A DNA stretch of 64,000 nucleotides from a virus, in the IMG/VR virus record IMGVR_UViG_3300030333_006551, positions 65,907-129,906 of that record; one strand, 5' to 3'. Under the pieces are notes generated by a model, which worked only from the letters and a program-made list of their open reading frames with translations, did no database searches and was not told the origin of the DNA. The translations under genes and the position numbers were made by a program. Shown in pieces: positions 39,105 to 48,823 of the stretch. How positions within the stretch are numbered: the stretch's first letter is position 1; each line of letters begins with the position of its first letter.

Positions 39105-40961
39105 ATGGTTTATAATAGGCCACAAGGAACCTATAAGTTTACTCCCGCGCCCTTAGATGGAATTAGAACCACTAAATCAGTGATTCCATCTGCGGATAGA
39201 TACTCTTTTACTGGAAGATCAAGTGTATTTGATGAAAGATATGAGTGGCCTGGGCACGGGTATCGGGATGTTATCTCAAAAAAAGAAGCGAATCTTCCCG
39301 TAGCGTATGATTGGTATAACATAAAAGATGTTTTCTCTAGTAAGGTTCATGAAAGTATCTCAGAGATAATACGGTTAAACACTGAAGTAGGCACCTACAA
39401 TCCATATCCATATGGGGACATCTCTTTAAGTATTATTGAACAGAGTCTAGCTGATGACTTGAAAATTAGTTTAGAAAAGATTGAAACTTTAGACGGTAAC
39501 TCAGCTAAAAGGAACTTCCTAGCAACTATTCAAAATCTTTTAGTAAGAAATGAATTGAAGTACTTTAATTCTAATTATATAAAAAGATTAGGCAACACTC
39601 ATGCATTTAACAACGCTCCAAAGTATGCTACTAATAATTTAATTAAGGATGAGAATATAGCATATAAGATTGCAAAAGAAGATTCAGCAGACCTAGACTA
39701 TACAAAGTATTCAGGTGTTCTATCTGATAGGTTAAAGTACTGGAGAACCATTCCTGCCGATGTTAATAAAAAGCTTGTTGTATTAAAAGAAGATGGGACA
39801 GAGCATAGTTTCACAATAGCCACAGATGACACGCTACATGTTGAAGACTCAGGAAAAACTGTTAACAAAGTGCCCTACGAGGCTGGTGATCATATTTTAG
39901 TTAACTCCTCTATAGTTAAACTAACATCAGACATAAGCAAGGCTAAAGTCCCAACACTCCTTGATTCAGAAAAAATATTTAATTTGTTGCGTGAAGACTC
40001 TTCAATAACTATTAAGGTTGCTACTACGGAAACAGATAATATAGAAACTACATACACTACCGCTACAGGTAGAGACTCATATATTGTTCTTAATTTGGAC
40101 ACAACATCTGTTAGTGATTTAGAGTCGAATACCTCTTTAATTAGGTCTACAACGGCTACTTATAATACAACTACCACTATTGACACAGATTTAGAGAGAA
40201 AAGCTTTCCCTAATGCTGTTTTTTATGTTCTACATGATGACCCCATCATTGATTATCTGATTGATAAAGAGCAAGCTACAGTAACTTTCTCTGATTTTTC
40301 TACTCATTTTTTTAACAATATAGATGAAAAAACCTATCCACGGTGCATTCCTCAACATATAGTTATTGTTCCCACGGATAAAACAGAGTATACTCCTTTT
40401 CATGGTAGGTCTAAAATGGGAGTTTATGGTACTAGATCTCTCAAATTTATTCCCCACCTGGACAATGATGTACAAGATTCAGATGTTAATTGCTCCCATC
40501 TAACCCACAACGCCACAACAAATACCTACACTTTTAACACGGCAGCGTTTCCAAATTCAACTTATTATAAAAAAGGTAGTGAAACTTTACCTAGAACACC
40601 AGGACCGCTCTATAAAGCATTAACAGTTATGAAAAGTTTAAATACTTCCTATGGTACTTTACCTTCTGTTACTCCCTTTGTTGAATTGTTTTATCGCTTA
40701 ACCCCTTCCCAGCTCCATTCTTTAAGACTAGATGTTGAAAATTATAAAACTTTTTTATCTAAACTTAGGTTGCAAACGCTTTCGAGTTCAACAAGCGTAT
40801 CAGAAACTTTTCCAAAAATGGGTCATGTTAGTCGGGATAAGTATACCACATTATTAACTTATGTGGGCGCTACTGAAACATACCCCAAACTTTCTGTTTA
40901 TAAAAATCTAATAAACAAGAGTCATGCACCTATTTACTTGGAAGGATATCCCTATGAGTAG
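39105..40961 (+). CDS. hypothetical virion protein
   Basis: 618-aa Thr-rich ORF in the structural operon. Confidence 0.65.
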   Translation: MVYNRPQGTYKFTPAPLDGIRTTKSVIPSADRYSFTGRSSVFDERYEWPGHGYRDVISKKEANLPVAYDWYNIKDVFSSKVHESISEIIRLNTEVGTYNPYPYGDISLSIIEQSLADDLKISLEKIETLDGNSAKRNFLATIQNLLVRNELKYFNSNYIKRLGNTHAFNNAPKYATNNLIKDENIAYKIAKEDSADLDYTKYSGVLSDRLKYWRTIPADVNKKLVVLKEDGTEHSFTIATDDTLHVEDSGKTVNKVPYEAGDHILVNSSIVKLTSDISKAKVPTLLDSEKIFNLLREDSSITIKVATTETDNIETTYTTATGRDSYIVLNLDTTSVSDLESNTSLIRSTTATYNTTTTIDTDLERKAFPNAVFYVLHDDPIIDYLIDKEQATVTFSDFSTHFFNNIDEKTYPRCIPQHIVIVPTDKTEYTPFHGRSKMGVYGTRSLKFIPHLDNDVQDSDVNCSHLTHNATTNTYTFNTAAFPNSTYYKKGSETLPRTPGPLYKALTVMKSLNTSYGTLPSVTPFVELFYRLTPSQLHSLRLDVENYKTFLSKLRLQTLSSSTSVSETFPKMGHVSRDKYTTLLTYVGATETYPKLSVYKNLINKSHAPIYLEGYPYE

Positions 40962-41376
40962 TAAAGTAGGAAGACATAACGCAGCAGATACAGGGACAAC
41001 TACTGCTGCTGGAGGATCTAAGTGCATGCATGACCATGTAGTGGAAACAGGATATTCGATTGTGCCTGATGATTATACAACAACCTTACAAAATGCAGGA
41101 AGTGACCAAGGTGCAGCTACGGTCCTGGTTAACGGATTTAGGGGCGCAGTTGCAGGAACCCAGGCTACTGGATCTTTAGGAGATACTGATTGTGTTTTAG
41201 GAGATGATAGCCCAGGAAATACTAGTGAAGACCATACACCTTCTTGGGCTACTGAGGGCTCTGCAACGGTATTCTTTGAGGACAGGCCAGTACATAGGGT
41301 AGGAGACAAAGGGACAAACCCAGGAGATAGTACTTATATTTTGAGTGATGGATCACCAAATGTCTTTGCTGGGTGA
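40954..41376 (+). CDS. PAAR-like spike tip protein (gp5.4-like)
   Basis: DHTP...EGSATVFFEDRPVHRVGD...DGSPNVFAG. Start at ATG 40954 after GGAAGGA. Confidence 0.8.
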   Translation: MSSKVGRHNAADTGTTTAAGGSKCMHDHVVETGYSIVPDDYTTTLQNAGSDQGAATVLVNGFRGAVAGTQATGSLGDTDCVLGDDSPGNTSEDHTPSWATEGSATVFFEDRPVHRVGDKGTNPGDSTYILSDGSPNVFAG

Positions 41377-41405
41377 CAAAAACTAAATTTTTATTTACAC
41401 TACAT

Positions 41406-41439
41406 AATATAACCTCTAAATAAATGTAGAGGTTATATT
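41406..41439. repeat. perfect 13-bp inverted repeat upstream of the head operon
   Basis: AATATAACCTCTA-aataaatg-TAGAGGTTATATT. TAAATA (41417-41422) spans the stem/loop junction. Confidence 0.75.
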
Positions 41440-41468
41440 CTAACCTAATTCTAATTGAGGAAAAAACA

Positions 41469-41822
41469 ATGGATTTTAACACACAAGTAACTGATGAGTT
41501 TATCAAGCAACTCTGCGAAGAAGAGTCTTGGGCAAAAGCAAATATCAAGGTAGCAAAAATTGAAGAGGCTACTGAAGAGGCAACCGAAGAAGTTGCACAA
41601 GTTTCTGAGGCTACTGAGGTCGTTGAGGAAGCCGCTGAAGAGGTTTCTGAAGAGGAAGTTTCCTTCTCTCTTGAAGATCTTGAGTATGTTCTTGATAACC
41701 TTGAAGATGACGCTCTCCTTGAGCATGCCTCAAATATGCTCGAACTCTTCGATGCCGCAGAAGAGTACCTTCTAAATGAAGGTGATGAGGACGAAGAGGA
41801 AGAGGAAGAAGAAGCAGAATGA
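41469..41822 (+). CDS. highly acidic prohead core-like protein (gp67-like position)
   Basis: Glu-rich (EEATEEATEEV..., DEEEEEEEAE), GAGG RBS, upstream of the protease. Confidence 0.65.
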   Translation: MDFNTQVTDEFIKQLCEEESWAKANIKVAKIEEATEEATEEVAQVSEATEVVEEAAEEVSEEEVSFSLEDLEYVLDNLEDDALLEHASNMLELFDAAEEYLLNEGDEDEEEEEEEAE

Positions 41823-42295
41823 GTTCGGTAGAGTCCATAGGGGACTTTGCTTTAAACTTAATTGAGCAGGAACTAGAAAGTCCCACTCCAACCTCCAGAA
41901 ATCCTTTTACTGGCGTTCAAGCAGAGAAAGGGCAAGCTGATATTAGTGACATAGAAGTCCCTAGTAACATGCGAAACCAGATTCTTAACGAATCTTTTTC
42001 TGTTGAAGCTCCACAAGAGCCAGAAGAAAAACCAGAAGTAGAAGAAATTCCTGAAATTGAGATTTCTACACCTGAAGAACCTCAAATATTGCACGAACAT
42101 GCTGCATTAGTTGAGCGTTTTGAAGGTGCAGTTAGGGAGTTAACTTCTGTTCTTCGTGAAATGACAGGCTCTGGTTTTGTTGGTGGGGAAGCAAAAACTA
42201 CAGTCGGTCGGATTTCTCCTAATTTCGCAGGTACTCCTAAAAAGTCACGAAAAAGTAGAAGGAAGGACCTCTTAAATATTTTAGGAAAAAAATGA
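41819..42295 (+). CDS. hypothetical head-module protein
   Basis: Acidic body with basic tail, ATGA-coupled. Confidence 0.65.
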   Translation: MSSVESIGDFALNLIEQELESPTPTSRNPFTGVQAEKGQADISDIEVPSNMRNQILNESFSVEAPQEPEEKPEVEEIPEIEISTPEEPQILHEHAALVERFEGAVRELTSVLREMTGSGFVGGEAKTTVGRISPNFAGTPKKSRKSRRKDLLNILGKK

Positions 42296-42687
42296 TGGAT
42301 ATCCTGGATCAAATTCTTGAAGCAAAAGGGAAAAGATACCCTTCAGGCAGAGGTAAGTACAGCACTTTAAATAAGTCAGGAAAAGCCACTGCTATGAAAT
42401 CCAAAGTTAAGGTATACGATACCTTAGAAAAGGGTGTTTGTGCAGGATATCCTGGACAAATGATGTCAACAAAAGGATCCAAGAGAATTTATGTTATTAC
42501 CAAGCAAAGGAAAAAGCAAAAGTCTCAAGTTCCCTCTTGCAGCGGTAGAGTAGCCAAAGGGTTTACCCCTGGAAGCTCTACTCCATCCTCCGAGTTTTCA
42601 AGCATCAAAGCGCATTCAGTTAGGACCATGAGAAAACACGGAAGGCAGAAGTCCAAAAAGTTCGAAAAGTATAAGGAGCACAAGTAA
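42292..42687 (+). CDS. basic head-module protein
   Basis: Lys/Arg-rich, N-terminal ILDQILEA, directly upstream of the protease. Confidence 0.65.
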   Translation: MMDILDQILEAKGKRYPSGRGKYSTLNKSGKATAMKSKVKVYDTLEKGVCAGYPGQMMSTKGSKRIYVITKQRKKQKSQVPSCSGRVAKGFTPGSSTPSSEFSSIKAHSVRTMRKHGRQKSKKFEKYKEHK

Positions 42688-42688
42688 T

Positions 42689-43936
42689 ATGATTTTAGTA
42701 GATACATTTATTTTAGAAGAAATGGAAGTTCTAACCGAGGAAAAGAACGGTCAGACATGTAAAAAACTTCGCGGCATTTTTCAAAGAGCAGATGAAGCAA
42801 ACAATAATAAGAGAGTGTATTCTAAGGCTTTATTGGAGCGCGAAGTCACTAAGCTTACTGATGCTTTAAATGAGAGAAGATTGATGGGCGAACTAGATCA
42901 CCCAAGCCATGACTCTGTTAAATTAAGCAATGTTTCTCATCTTATTACAAACCTTCATGTTAAAGGCAACGATGTTATAGGTGAGTGTGAGCTTCTTAAT
43001 ACTCCCGCAGGTAAAGTAGCTCAAGCCTTGGTTGAAGGTGGTGTTAAGATTGGTATTTCTTCTAGAGGTATGGGCACTCTTTCTGAGGGTGACAATGGAA
43101 CAAAGAAAGTTAATGAAGATTTTAAGTTAGTTACTTTCGACCTTGTTGCTGATCCATCCACTAGAGGTGCTTTCCCTACTCTTGCAGAGTCCACTCAATC
43201 CGATTTAGTAGAAAACATTGTTAAGGATACTTTAGATAAAGCAGCTAAGGAAAAGGTGTTTACTACTATTCTTAAGCAAAAGATTACTGAAAAAACCGCC
43301 AAAAAGGGTGGTAAAAAAGATCCATTACACTTGTTCAGAGGTGATGCTAAGTTCGGGCACAACAATCCTAATGCTCGCAAAAGAAAGCACAGAACTTATG
43401 ATAATGCAGAAACACCTACTGAAACAGTAAAAGTACAGGAGTATACTGGTGGTCATGGTGGAAACCCCCACGCTGGTGAGCCCGAGCACCTAAAGGCTGC
43501 TCGTAGAGGCAGTGAGATTCTTTCAAACATTAAGTCTCAAAAAGCCGTTAAACCTAAAGCTCCAGCAAAAAAGAAAAGTGTTTTTGGTAAAGTAAGCGGA
43601 GCGGTAAAAAGATTACTTCCAAGTTCTCAAAACGATAGCACTAATTATACTCTTTTGCGCTCTTCCTTGGATCAAAAATTAAATGAATCTAAAAAAAAAG
43701 ATAAAAAAGGATTAAGCGATAAGGACGCAAAGATGCTTGCTCACGGAGGTTCGATACAGAGAGCCGATAAATGGGCTAAACAAATGCGTAGTGGAGAAGG
43801 TGCTAAGGCCCCTGAGACAGGCAAGATTATACAAGGGCTGTTAAAAGACCTTTTAAAAGATAAAGATAACCCTGCGGGAACAGGTGCGGTTCCAGACAGT
43901 GCCTGGAAAAGGTTTAAGGATAGAACAGGTAAATAA
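42689..43936 (+). CDS. prohead core protease gp21-like with long basic C-terminal extension
   Basis: GIFQRAD..N.N.RVY, MGELDHP, VSHLIT, LLNTPAG, GISSRGMG, FDLVADPS. Confidence 0.92.
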   Translation: MILVDTFILEEMEVLTEEKNGQTCKKLRGIFQRADEANNNKRVYSKALLEREVTKLTDALNERRLMGELDHPSHDSVKLSNVSHLITNLHVKGNDVIGECELLNTPAGKVAQALVEGGVKIGISSRGMGTLSEGDNGTKKVNEDFKLVTFDLVADPSTRGAFPTLAESTQSDLVENIVKDTLDKAAKEKVFTTILKQKITEKTAKKGGKKDPLHLFRGDAKFGHNNPNARKRKHRTYDNAETPTETVKVQEYTGGHGGNPHAGEPEHLKAARRGSEILSNIKSQKAVKPKAPAKKKSVFGKVSGAVKRLLPSSQNDSTNYTLLRSSLDQKLNESKKKDKKGLSDKDAKMLAHGGSIQRADKWAKQMRSGEGAKAPETGKIIQGLLKDLLKDKDNPAGTGAVPDSAWKRFKDRTGK

Positions 43937-43954
43937 TTACAAAAATTAAAAAAA

Positions 43955-43977
43955 AGTTAATATAGTTTATATTAACT
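43955..43977. repeat. perfect 10-bp inverted repeat upstream of the scaffold gene
   Basis: AGTTAATATA-gtt-TATATTAACT, followed by TAAATA at 43980-43985. Confidence 0.65.
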
Positions 43978-44006
43978 AATAAATAAAGATAGAAACGGAG
44001 TTTATT

Positions 44007-44642
44007 ATGAGTAATAAAATGGAAAATCTCGCCTCTTTACTTCCTGAAAATTTAAGTGAGGAAGCACTAGAGGATATTGCGAACATCGTTGATACAGTTA
44101 TAACTGAACAGGTCAACGAAAGAGTTCAAGATTTGGAGGATAAAGTTTATTCTTTCCTTCGTCTCAAGATGGACTCAATTAAAGAACAAGCTATAAGAGA
44201 ATTAGAAGCAGAAGATGATACTTTTAAAAATGCCAAAAGCTTTGAGTACTTAAAGTCACTCATGGCTATTGAGCTTTCTGAAAGTGATAACGAGTCTGCT
44301 GTCGCTCTTGTATCGCAAGAAGCTCAAGAGATTGCTGAGGAGAATCAGCTAATCATTCATGAGCTTAACGAAGCTCTTATGGAGAATGCTAAGTTAGAAA
44401 ATACTATCAAAGTATATAATGACAAGTTAGCATTAATCGAAGAGAAAAATCAGACACTTCAGGAAAGCGTACAGCATCTTGAAGGTGTAGTAGAAAAGCC
44501 TTTCAAATCAAACGAAAGAGCTTTAGTTATATCAGAGGAAGTAGACTCTGAATCTACTACGGTTGAAACTCAAAGTAATAATGAGTTCTTAACCGAAGAT
44601 GTTATGGCGTTTATGCCTTTCAACGAAACTAGGAGAAATTAA
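44007..44642 (+). CDS. prohead core scaffold protein gp22-like
   Basis: Acidic coiled-coil protein between the protease and the major capsid gene. Confidence 0.75.
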   Translation: MSNKMENLASLLPENLSEEALEDIANIVDTVITEQVNERVQDLEDKVYSFLRLKMDSIKEQAIRELEAEDDTFKNAKSFEYLKSLMAIELSESDNESAVALVSQEAQEIAEENQLIIHELNEALMENAKLENTIKVYNDKLALIEEKNQTLQESVQHLEGVVEKPFKSNERALVISEEVDSESTTVETQSNNEFLTEDVMAFMPFNETRRN

Positions 44643-44644
44643 TT

Positions 44645-46279
44645 ATGGATATTATGCCCACAGACGGAATTAAGAATGAAGTCGTAGAAAAATGGGAACC
44701 AGTTCTTGAAGGGATAGGCGATGACTACGGAAGAAGAGTAACCGCTCAACTTCTTGAGAACCAAGCTAAGTCGATTATTTCTGAAAAACTTCAGGAAGCA
44801 GTCGATACTGGTGGTACACAAACTACCGTAGGCCGCTTAGGTACTTTCCAGAAGTTTGCTTTTCCTATTGTTCGTCGCGTTTATCCTGAACTAATCGCTA
44901 ACAATATTGTTGGCGTTCAGCCAATGCAGGGACCTGTCTCACAGATCTTCTACATTGGTAACAGTCGTGTTGACGGTGGTTCTGAGCAGCAGATCTACAA
45001 CAAGTATCAACTCACATACAGAGGCTTGACCACTAACCCAATCTTCTCACAAGGAAACTACGATATGGACCAGACTAATGGCTCATATGATGACCAGTTA
45101 GTTGTTGGGAACGCTGGATGGGCACCTTCTGCTCTTGCAGGTAGAGATCTTACTACATCTGCTCTCTTCATGAGTGCTGGTGCTAATGGTCCTTACGCTT
45201 CTGCAACCATGGGTGGTAAGATTGCTTCTTGGCCTGCCGAAGGTGATCTCGGTCGTGACGATACTGGATCGACTCGCTCTGGTCCTCACGGAATGATGGG
45301 CTTTAATGTCTCTGCTGGTGAGCGTTTGGCTGGTTCTGGTATTCCAGAAATGGTCTTCCACATCGAGCAGCAGCCTGTTGCAGCCCGTACTCGTAAGATG
45401 AGAGCCCTTTGGACTCTTGAGGCTTCTCAAGACCTTAAGGCTTATCACAACCTTGACCTTGAGCGGGAGCTTACTGACATGCTTGGTAAGGAACTTCGCC
45501 TTGAGATCGACCGTGAGCTTATCGAAGATCTTCGTATGCTTTCATACGATGTTGATGATACACTTGCAGACAAGGGATCTAAGTGGAAGAAGGCTAACCT
45601 TGATCAGGCAAATTCGAACAACTTTGTTCTTCAGCCTGACATGGCAACTAATGATCCTGCTGCTGACTTCTTGTATGATTACACTACAGGCACGGACAAT
45701 GCAGGAACCCACGAAAATGTATTCTTATACGATTTCTCAACTTCTGCTCTTGATTTTGCACCTCAGCATGTCGGTCATGTCTATGCAAACTTGCTTGCAA
45801 TGCTTAATCTTATGAGTCAGGACATCTACAAGACTACGATGCGTGGTCCTGGTAACTGGATTGTCTGCTCACCTCTAGTCGCTTCAATGCTTCACTCTGC
45901 TGCAAAGCTTGAGGGTGGTGTTGATAAGGTTGATGGTCCCACCAATGTTGGTGGTAGTAACATTGAGTACAAGGGTAAACTTGCTGGTCAGTTTGATCTT
46001 TATGTCGATCCTATGTACCCAGAAGATGAGCTTATGATGGGTTATAAGGGTGCCAATGCTATGGATTCAGGCTTTGTCTATTCTCCATACATCCCACTCC
46101 AGACTCTACCCACCATCGTTGATCCCACCGACTTCCAGCCCAGGAAGGGGATCCTCACCCGCTATGGTAAGGCAGCAGTAACCCCAGCCTCAAGATACTA
46201 TAGAATCTTGAGACTTATCGGGCCTACCGCTAACTTCCTCTTCACCCCATTCGCTAAGGTGAAAGGCGGGATGGCATAA
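44645..46279 (+). CDS. major capsid protein gp23-like
   Basis: KWEPVL, QLLENQ, VRRVYPELIA..IVGVQPM.GP, ARTRKMRA.WTLEASQDL.AYH, EIDRE, YSPYIPL, FQPRKGILTRYG. Confidence 0.96.
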   Translation: MDIMPTDGIKNEVVEKWEPVLEGIGDDYGRRVTAQLLENQAKSIISEKLQEAVDTGGTQTTVGRLGTFQKFAFPIVRRVYPELIANNIVGVQPMQGPVSQIFYIGNSRVDGGSEQQIYNKYQLTYRGLTTNPIFSQGNYDMDQTNGSYDDQLVVGNAGWAPSALAGRDLTTSALFMSAGANGPYASATMGGKIASWPAEGDLGRDDTGSTRSGPHGMMGFNVSAGERLAGSGIPEMVFHIEQQPVAARTRKMRALWTLEASQDLKAYHNLDLERELTDMLGKELRLEIDRELIEDLRMLSYDVDDTLADKGSKWKKANLDQANSNNFVLQPDMATNDPAADFLYDYTTGTDNAGTHENVFLYDFSTSALDFAPQHVGHVYANLLAMLNLMSQDIYKTTMRGPGNWIVCSPLVASMLHSAAKLEGGVDKVDGPTNVGGSNIEYKGKLAGQFDLYVDPMYPEDELMMGYKGANAMDSGFVYSPYIPLQTLPTIVDPTDFQPRKGILTRYGKAAVTPASRYYRILRLIGPTANFLFTPFAKVKGGMA

Positions 46280-46324
46280 GCCATAATGGTTGAATGATTT
46301 AGATAATAAATCATAAAGAAATAG

Positions 46325-46363
46325 AGGGGCCAGGGAAAATTACTTCCTTGGCCCTTTTTCTTT
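46325..46363 (+). terminator. rho-independent terminator after the capsid gene
   Basis: GGGCCAGGGAA...TTCCTTGGCCC stem followed by TTTTTCTTT. Confidence 0.8.
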
Positions 46364-46382
46364 GCCTATATAAAGTAGAATA

Positions 46383-46592
46383 ATGTATACATACAAAAGC
46401 TCCTGCCGATTCAGGATGTTATTATATGTTGGTGGTGAGATACTTGAGATTCGCCCTAAACAAATAATAAAAACAAAAGAAAAGCTAGATTATCCACAAT
46501 TAACTTTAATTGAGGAAAAGAAACGAGGTAGACCCAAAAAGAAGGTAGAAATAGATGGCGACAAACAAGACATTTCCAAGACCGAGGCTTAA
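46383..46592 (+). CDS. small basic hypothetical protein
   Basis: 69-aa ORF with KKRGRPKKK, preceded by CTATATAAAG. Confidence 0.6.
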   Translation: MYTYKSSCRFRMLLYVGGEILEIRPKQIIKTKEKLDYPQLTLIEEKKRGRPKKKVEIDGDKQDISKTEA

Positions 46593-47448
46593 TGGTTACG
46601 GGACAAGTTTTGGTAATAGAAATAGTTCTAAAGATTATGGCTATGACCTCCTTAACTATACCCCAGAAGGAGATATTGATCCTTCAAAACTGAATAAAAC
46701 TAAACTATCAGATGGGGTAGAGTTTTCCCCTTTTGATGAACTAGTTAAAGACTATGTTTTGGGGATGTTAGGTCATCCTATTGTTCGTGTCGAACTTACA
46801 CATTATCAATTAAAAGCGAGCATAGATGAAGCTGTTACAAAGCTAAACTATCATGCTCCATTATGGACTATGCAGTATGCAGTATTTGAAGCTTCTGCTG
46901 GTCAGAATGTATATGAACTTCCTACATATATGATTGATAATTTAAGCTATATTGTGTACAAAAAATCTTTACTTAGTATCCAATCGCAAGCAGGAACGCT
47001 TGAATTTGACTTTTTTATTAAGTATTTTCAAGAGAATTTCTTGTTTGAAAACTTTGGGGTAGGTGATTTCTACCTCCTCCAAAGTATGCTCGAAAGTACA
47101 CGAAAGATTTTAAGTCAGGAAGGCTCATATAATATTTTAAATAACCGCTATGTGCAGTTATATCCTGCTCCTGTGATGACCCCAGAACCTGTTATTATTG
47201 AGTATAGAGCATTAGATTCTAATACTATACACCCTGCTTATGTTAATTGGATTCAAAGGTATGCGTTAGCGGTAGCTAAAGGTGTATTATCACAGGTTAG
47301 AGGTAAATATGGACAGGTTCCTTCTCCTGGAGGGGGTGTCTCACTTAATGCTCAACAGTTAGCACAAGAATCAGCCGCAGAAAAGCAAGCTCTTATGGAA
47401 GAACTCACTTCGCAGATCGAAGAACCACCCGTGTTCACTACATACTAA
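46555..47448 (+). CDS. neck protein gp13-like
   Basis: YVLGMLGHPIVRVEL...IDEA, WIQRYALAVAK..L..VRGKY...PGGGVSLN. Confidence 0.88.
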   Translation: MATNKTFPRPRLNGYGTSFGNRNSSKDYGYDLLNYTPEGDIDPSKLNKTKLSDGVEFSPFDELVKDYVLGMLGHPIVRVELTHYQLKASIDEAVTKLNYHAPLWTMQYAVFEASAGQNVYELPTYMIDNLSYIVYKKSLLSIQSQAGTLEFDFFIKYFQENFLFENFGVGDFYLLQSMLESTRKILSQEGSYNILNNRYVQLYPAPVMTPEPVIIEYRALDSNTIHPAYVNWIQRYALAVAKGVLSQVRGKYGQVPSPGGGVSLNAQQLAQESAAEKQALMEELTSQIEEPPVFTTY

Positions 47449-47449
47449 T

Positions 47450-48823
47450 ATGGATAAGAAAAAATTACACGATATTCTTACAGAAAGACAAGCTCTTAAA
47501 GAAAATATTAAGAGTGAATTTGATGATCGAATTGATGAATTGTTATCTTCTACCCTAAAAACCAAGGCGGGGAAGCTTAGAGGCTCATTAGGAGCAACAG
47601 CAAAGCGTATCAAAAGAGATGTTATCGGAACAGCGGACGATTACCGTTTCGGTTATAGGAAAGGCTATATGGGAGCATCAATGAAAGCTCAAGCCAAGCG
47701 TGATGCTATGGTTGGTGGTGTGATTGATCCTAACACTGGAGAAAGAGTAGTAGGAGATAAAGCTTGGGATATCGCACAAAGAAGAATGGCAGACAGAAGA
47801 TTGAAAAGCGGTATTCCTACATGGTCTGATCAATGGAAGATGAACGCTCCTACTGCTGCTAAAAGAGATGAGTTTGCTAGAGACTACGAACTGAGACAAG
47901 GAAGGCCACTTCCTGGATTTACTTCAAGATATGGAGATGTACAAAGAACAGAAGTGGATCCTGACACGGGTAAAGTAACAAAGAAGACAGAGTTCGGATT
48001 TCAGCCAGGAAAGCAGCAAACTGGAACCGCTGGAAAGTACATGAACCAAACAACTCCAGATAGGATCAGGAGAAGAGAAAGGCAGCAAGCTCAAGCTAAA
48101 AGATTGGCTGGTGATCCTGACACAATAGCGACATTTAGAGCCGCAGCTAGAGCTAAAGGTTGGGGTGGGGAATACAAACAAAGACCTGGAGATAGAACGG
48201 ACCCCTCTTATCCATACACAACAGGGACTCCTGAGACACAAACTGTTAGGACTCGTAAACCTGGAGAAACTGATTTCCGAGATATAGAAGTAGGAACAGG
48301 TAGAATGAAGAGACCTACTGGGATCTCTAAGACTGGCAGACCTATTAGTAGAGGAGGAGTTCCATGGTGGCAACAGGGAAGAACAGAAGCACCACAGGAG
48401 GTTGAAGTTGAGCGTATGCCTCCTAAGGAGCCAAAACAACTCCCAGGAACTACCAGACCTAAAATCGCAAGAGGAGCAGACGATCCAGTCGCACTTCCTC
48501 CAGGAACCACCAGACCTCAAATCTCAAGAGGAGCAGATGACCCCGCTGCTCTGCCTTCAGCAGAAAGACCTCTTCTCACTAGAGGTCCAAACCGCGCAGA
48601 GCGTAGAAGACGAGGTAGAAAAGCGAGACAGAAAAACCTTCCACCTCAACAAGGTTCTATGGGCGGGGCTTCGGTAACTACAGCAGGTGGTAGAAGATCA
48701 GGTGTAAAAGGGGCTGGAGGAAGAGCCACGAGAAGTGTACAGCCTAGAGGAATTGGTGCCTCCACGGAATTGGTGGGGCCTCGCCTTTCTGAAATGATGC
48801 AAAAAAGATTAAATAATGCCTAA
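47450..48823 (+). CDS. Arg/Gly/Pro-rich probable internal head protein
   Basis: Low-complexity basic 457-aa ORF between the gp13- and gp14-like genes. N-terminal ILTE/LKE motifs. Confidence 0.65.
   Translation: MDKKKLHDILTERQALKENIKSEFDDRIDELLSSTLKTKAGKLRGSLGATAKRIKRDVIGTADDYRFGYRKGYMGASMKAQAKRDAMVGGVIDPNTGERVVGDKAWDIAQRRMADRRLKSGIPTWSDQWKMNAPTAAKRDEFARDYELRQGRPLPGFTSRYGDVQRTEVDPDTGKVTKKTEFGFQPGKQQTGTAGKYMNQTTPDRIRRRERQQAQAKRLAGDPDTIATFRAAARAKGWGGEYKQRPGDRTDPSYPYTTGTPETQTVRTRKPGETDFRDIEVGTGRMKRPTGISKTGRPISRGGVPWWQQGRTEAPQEVEVERMPPKEPKQLPGTTRPKIARGADDPVALPPGTTRPQISRGADDPAALPSAERPLLTRGPNRAERRRRGRKARQKNLPPQQGSMGGASVTTAGGRRSGVKGAGGRATRSVQPRGIGASTELVGPRLSEMMQKRLNNA
48443..48556 (+). repeat. in-frame 57-bp tandem duplication (PGTTRP[K/Q]I[A/S]RGADDP[V/A]ALP x2)
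   Basis: Units start at 48443 and 48500. Confidence 0.85.

Noticed and set aside
45417-45815. 132-aa alternative-frame ORF inside the major capsid gene
   Set aside because: Leu/Thr/Met-rich +1 shadow explained by capsid codon bias, with no RBS or independent N-terminus, unlike the iscU overlap.
47924-48520. 198-aa antisense ORF and other alternative-frame ORFs inside 47450..48823
   Set aside because: Ser/Leu/Cys-rich shadow of a purine-rich low-complexity gene, with no RBS or motif.
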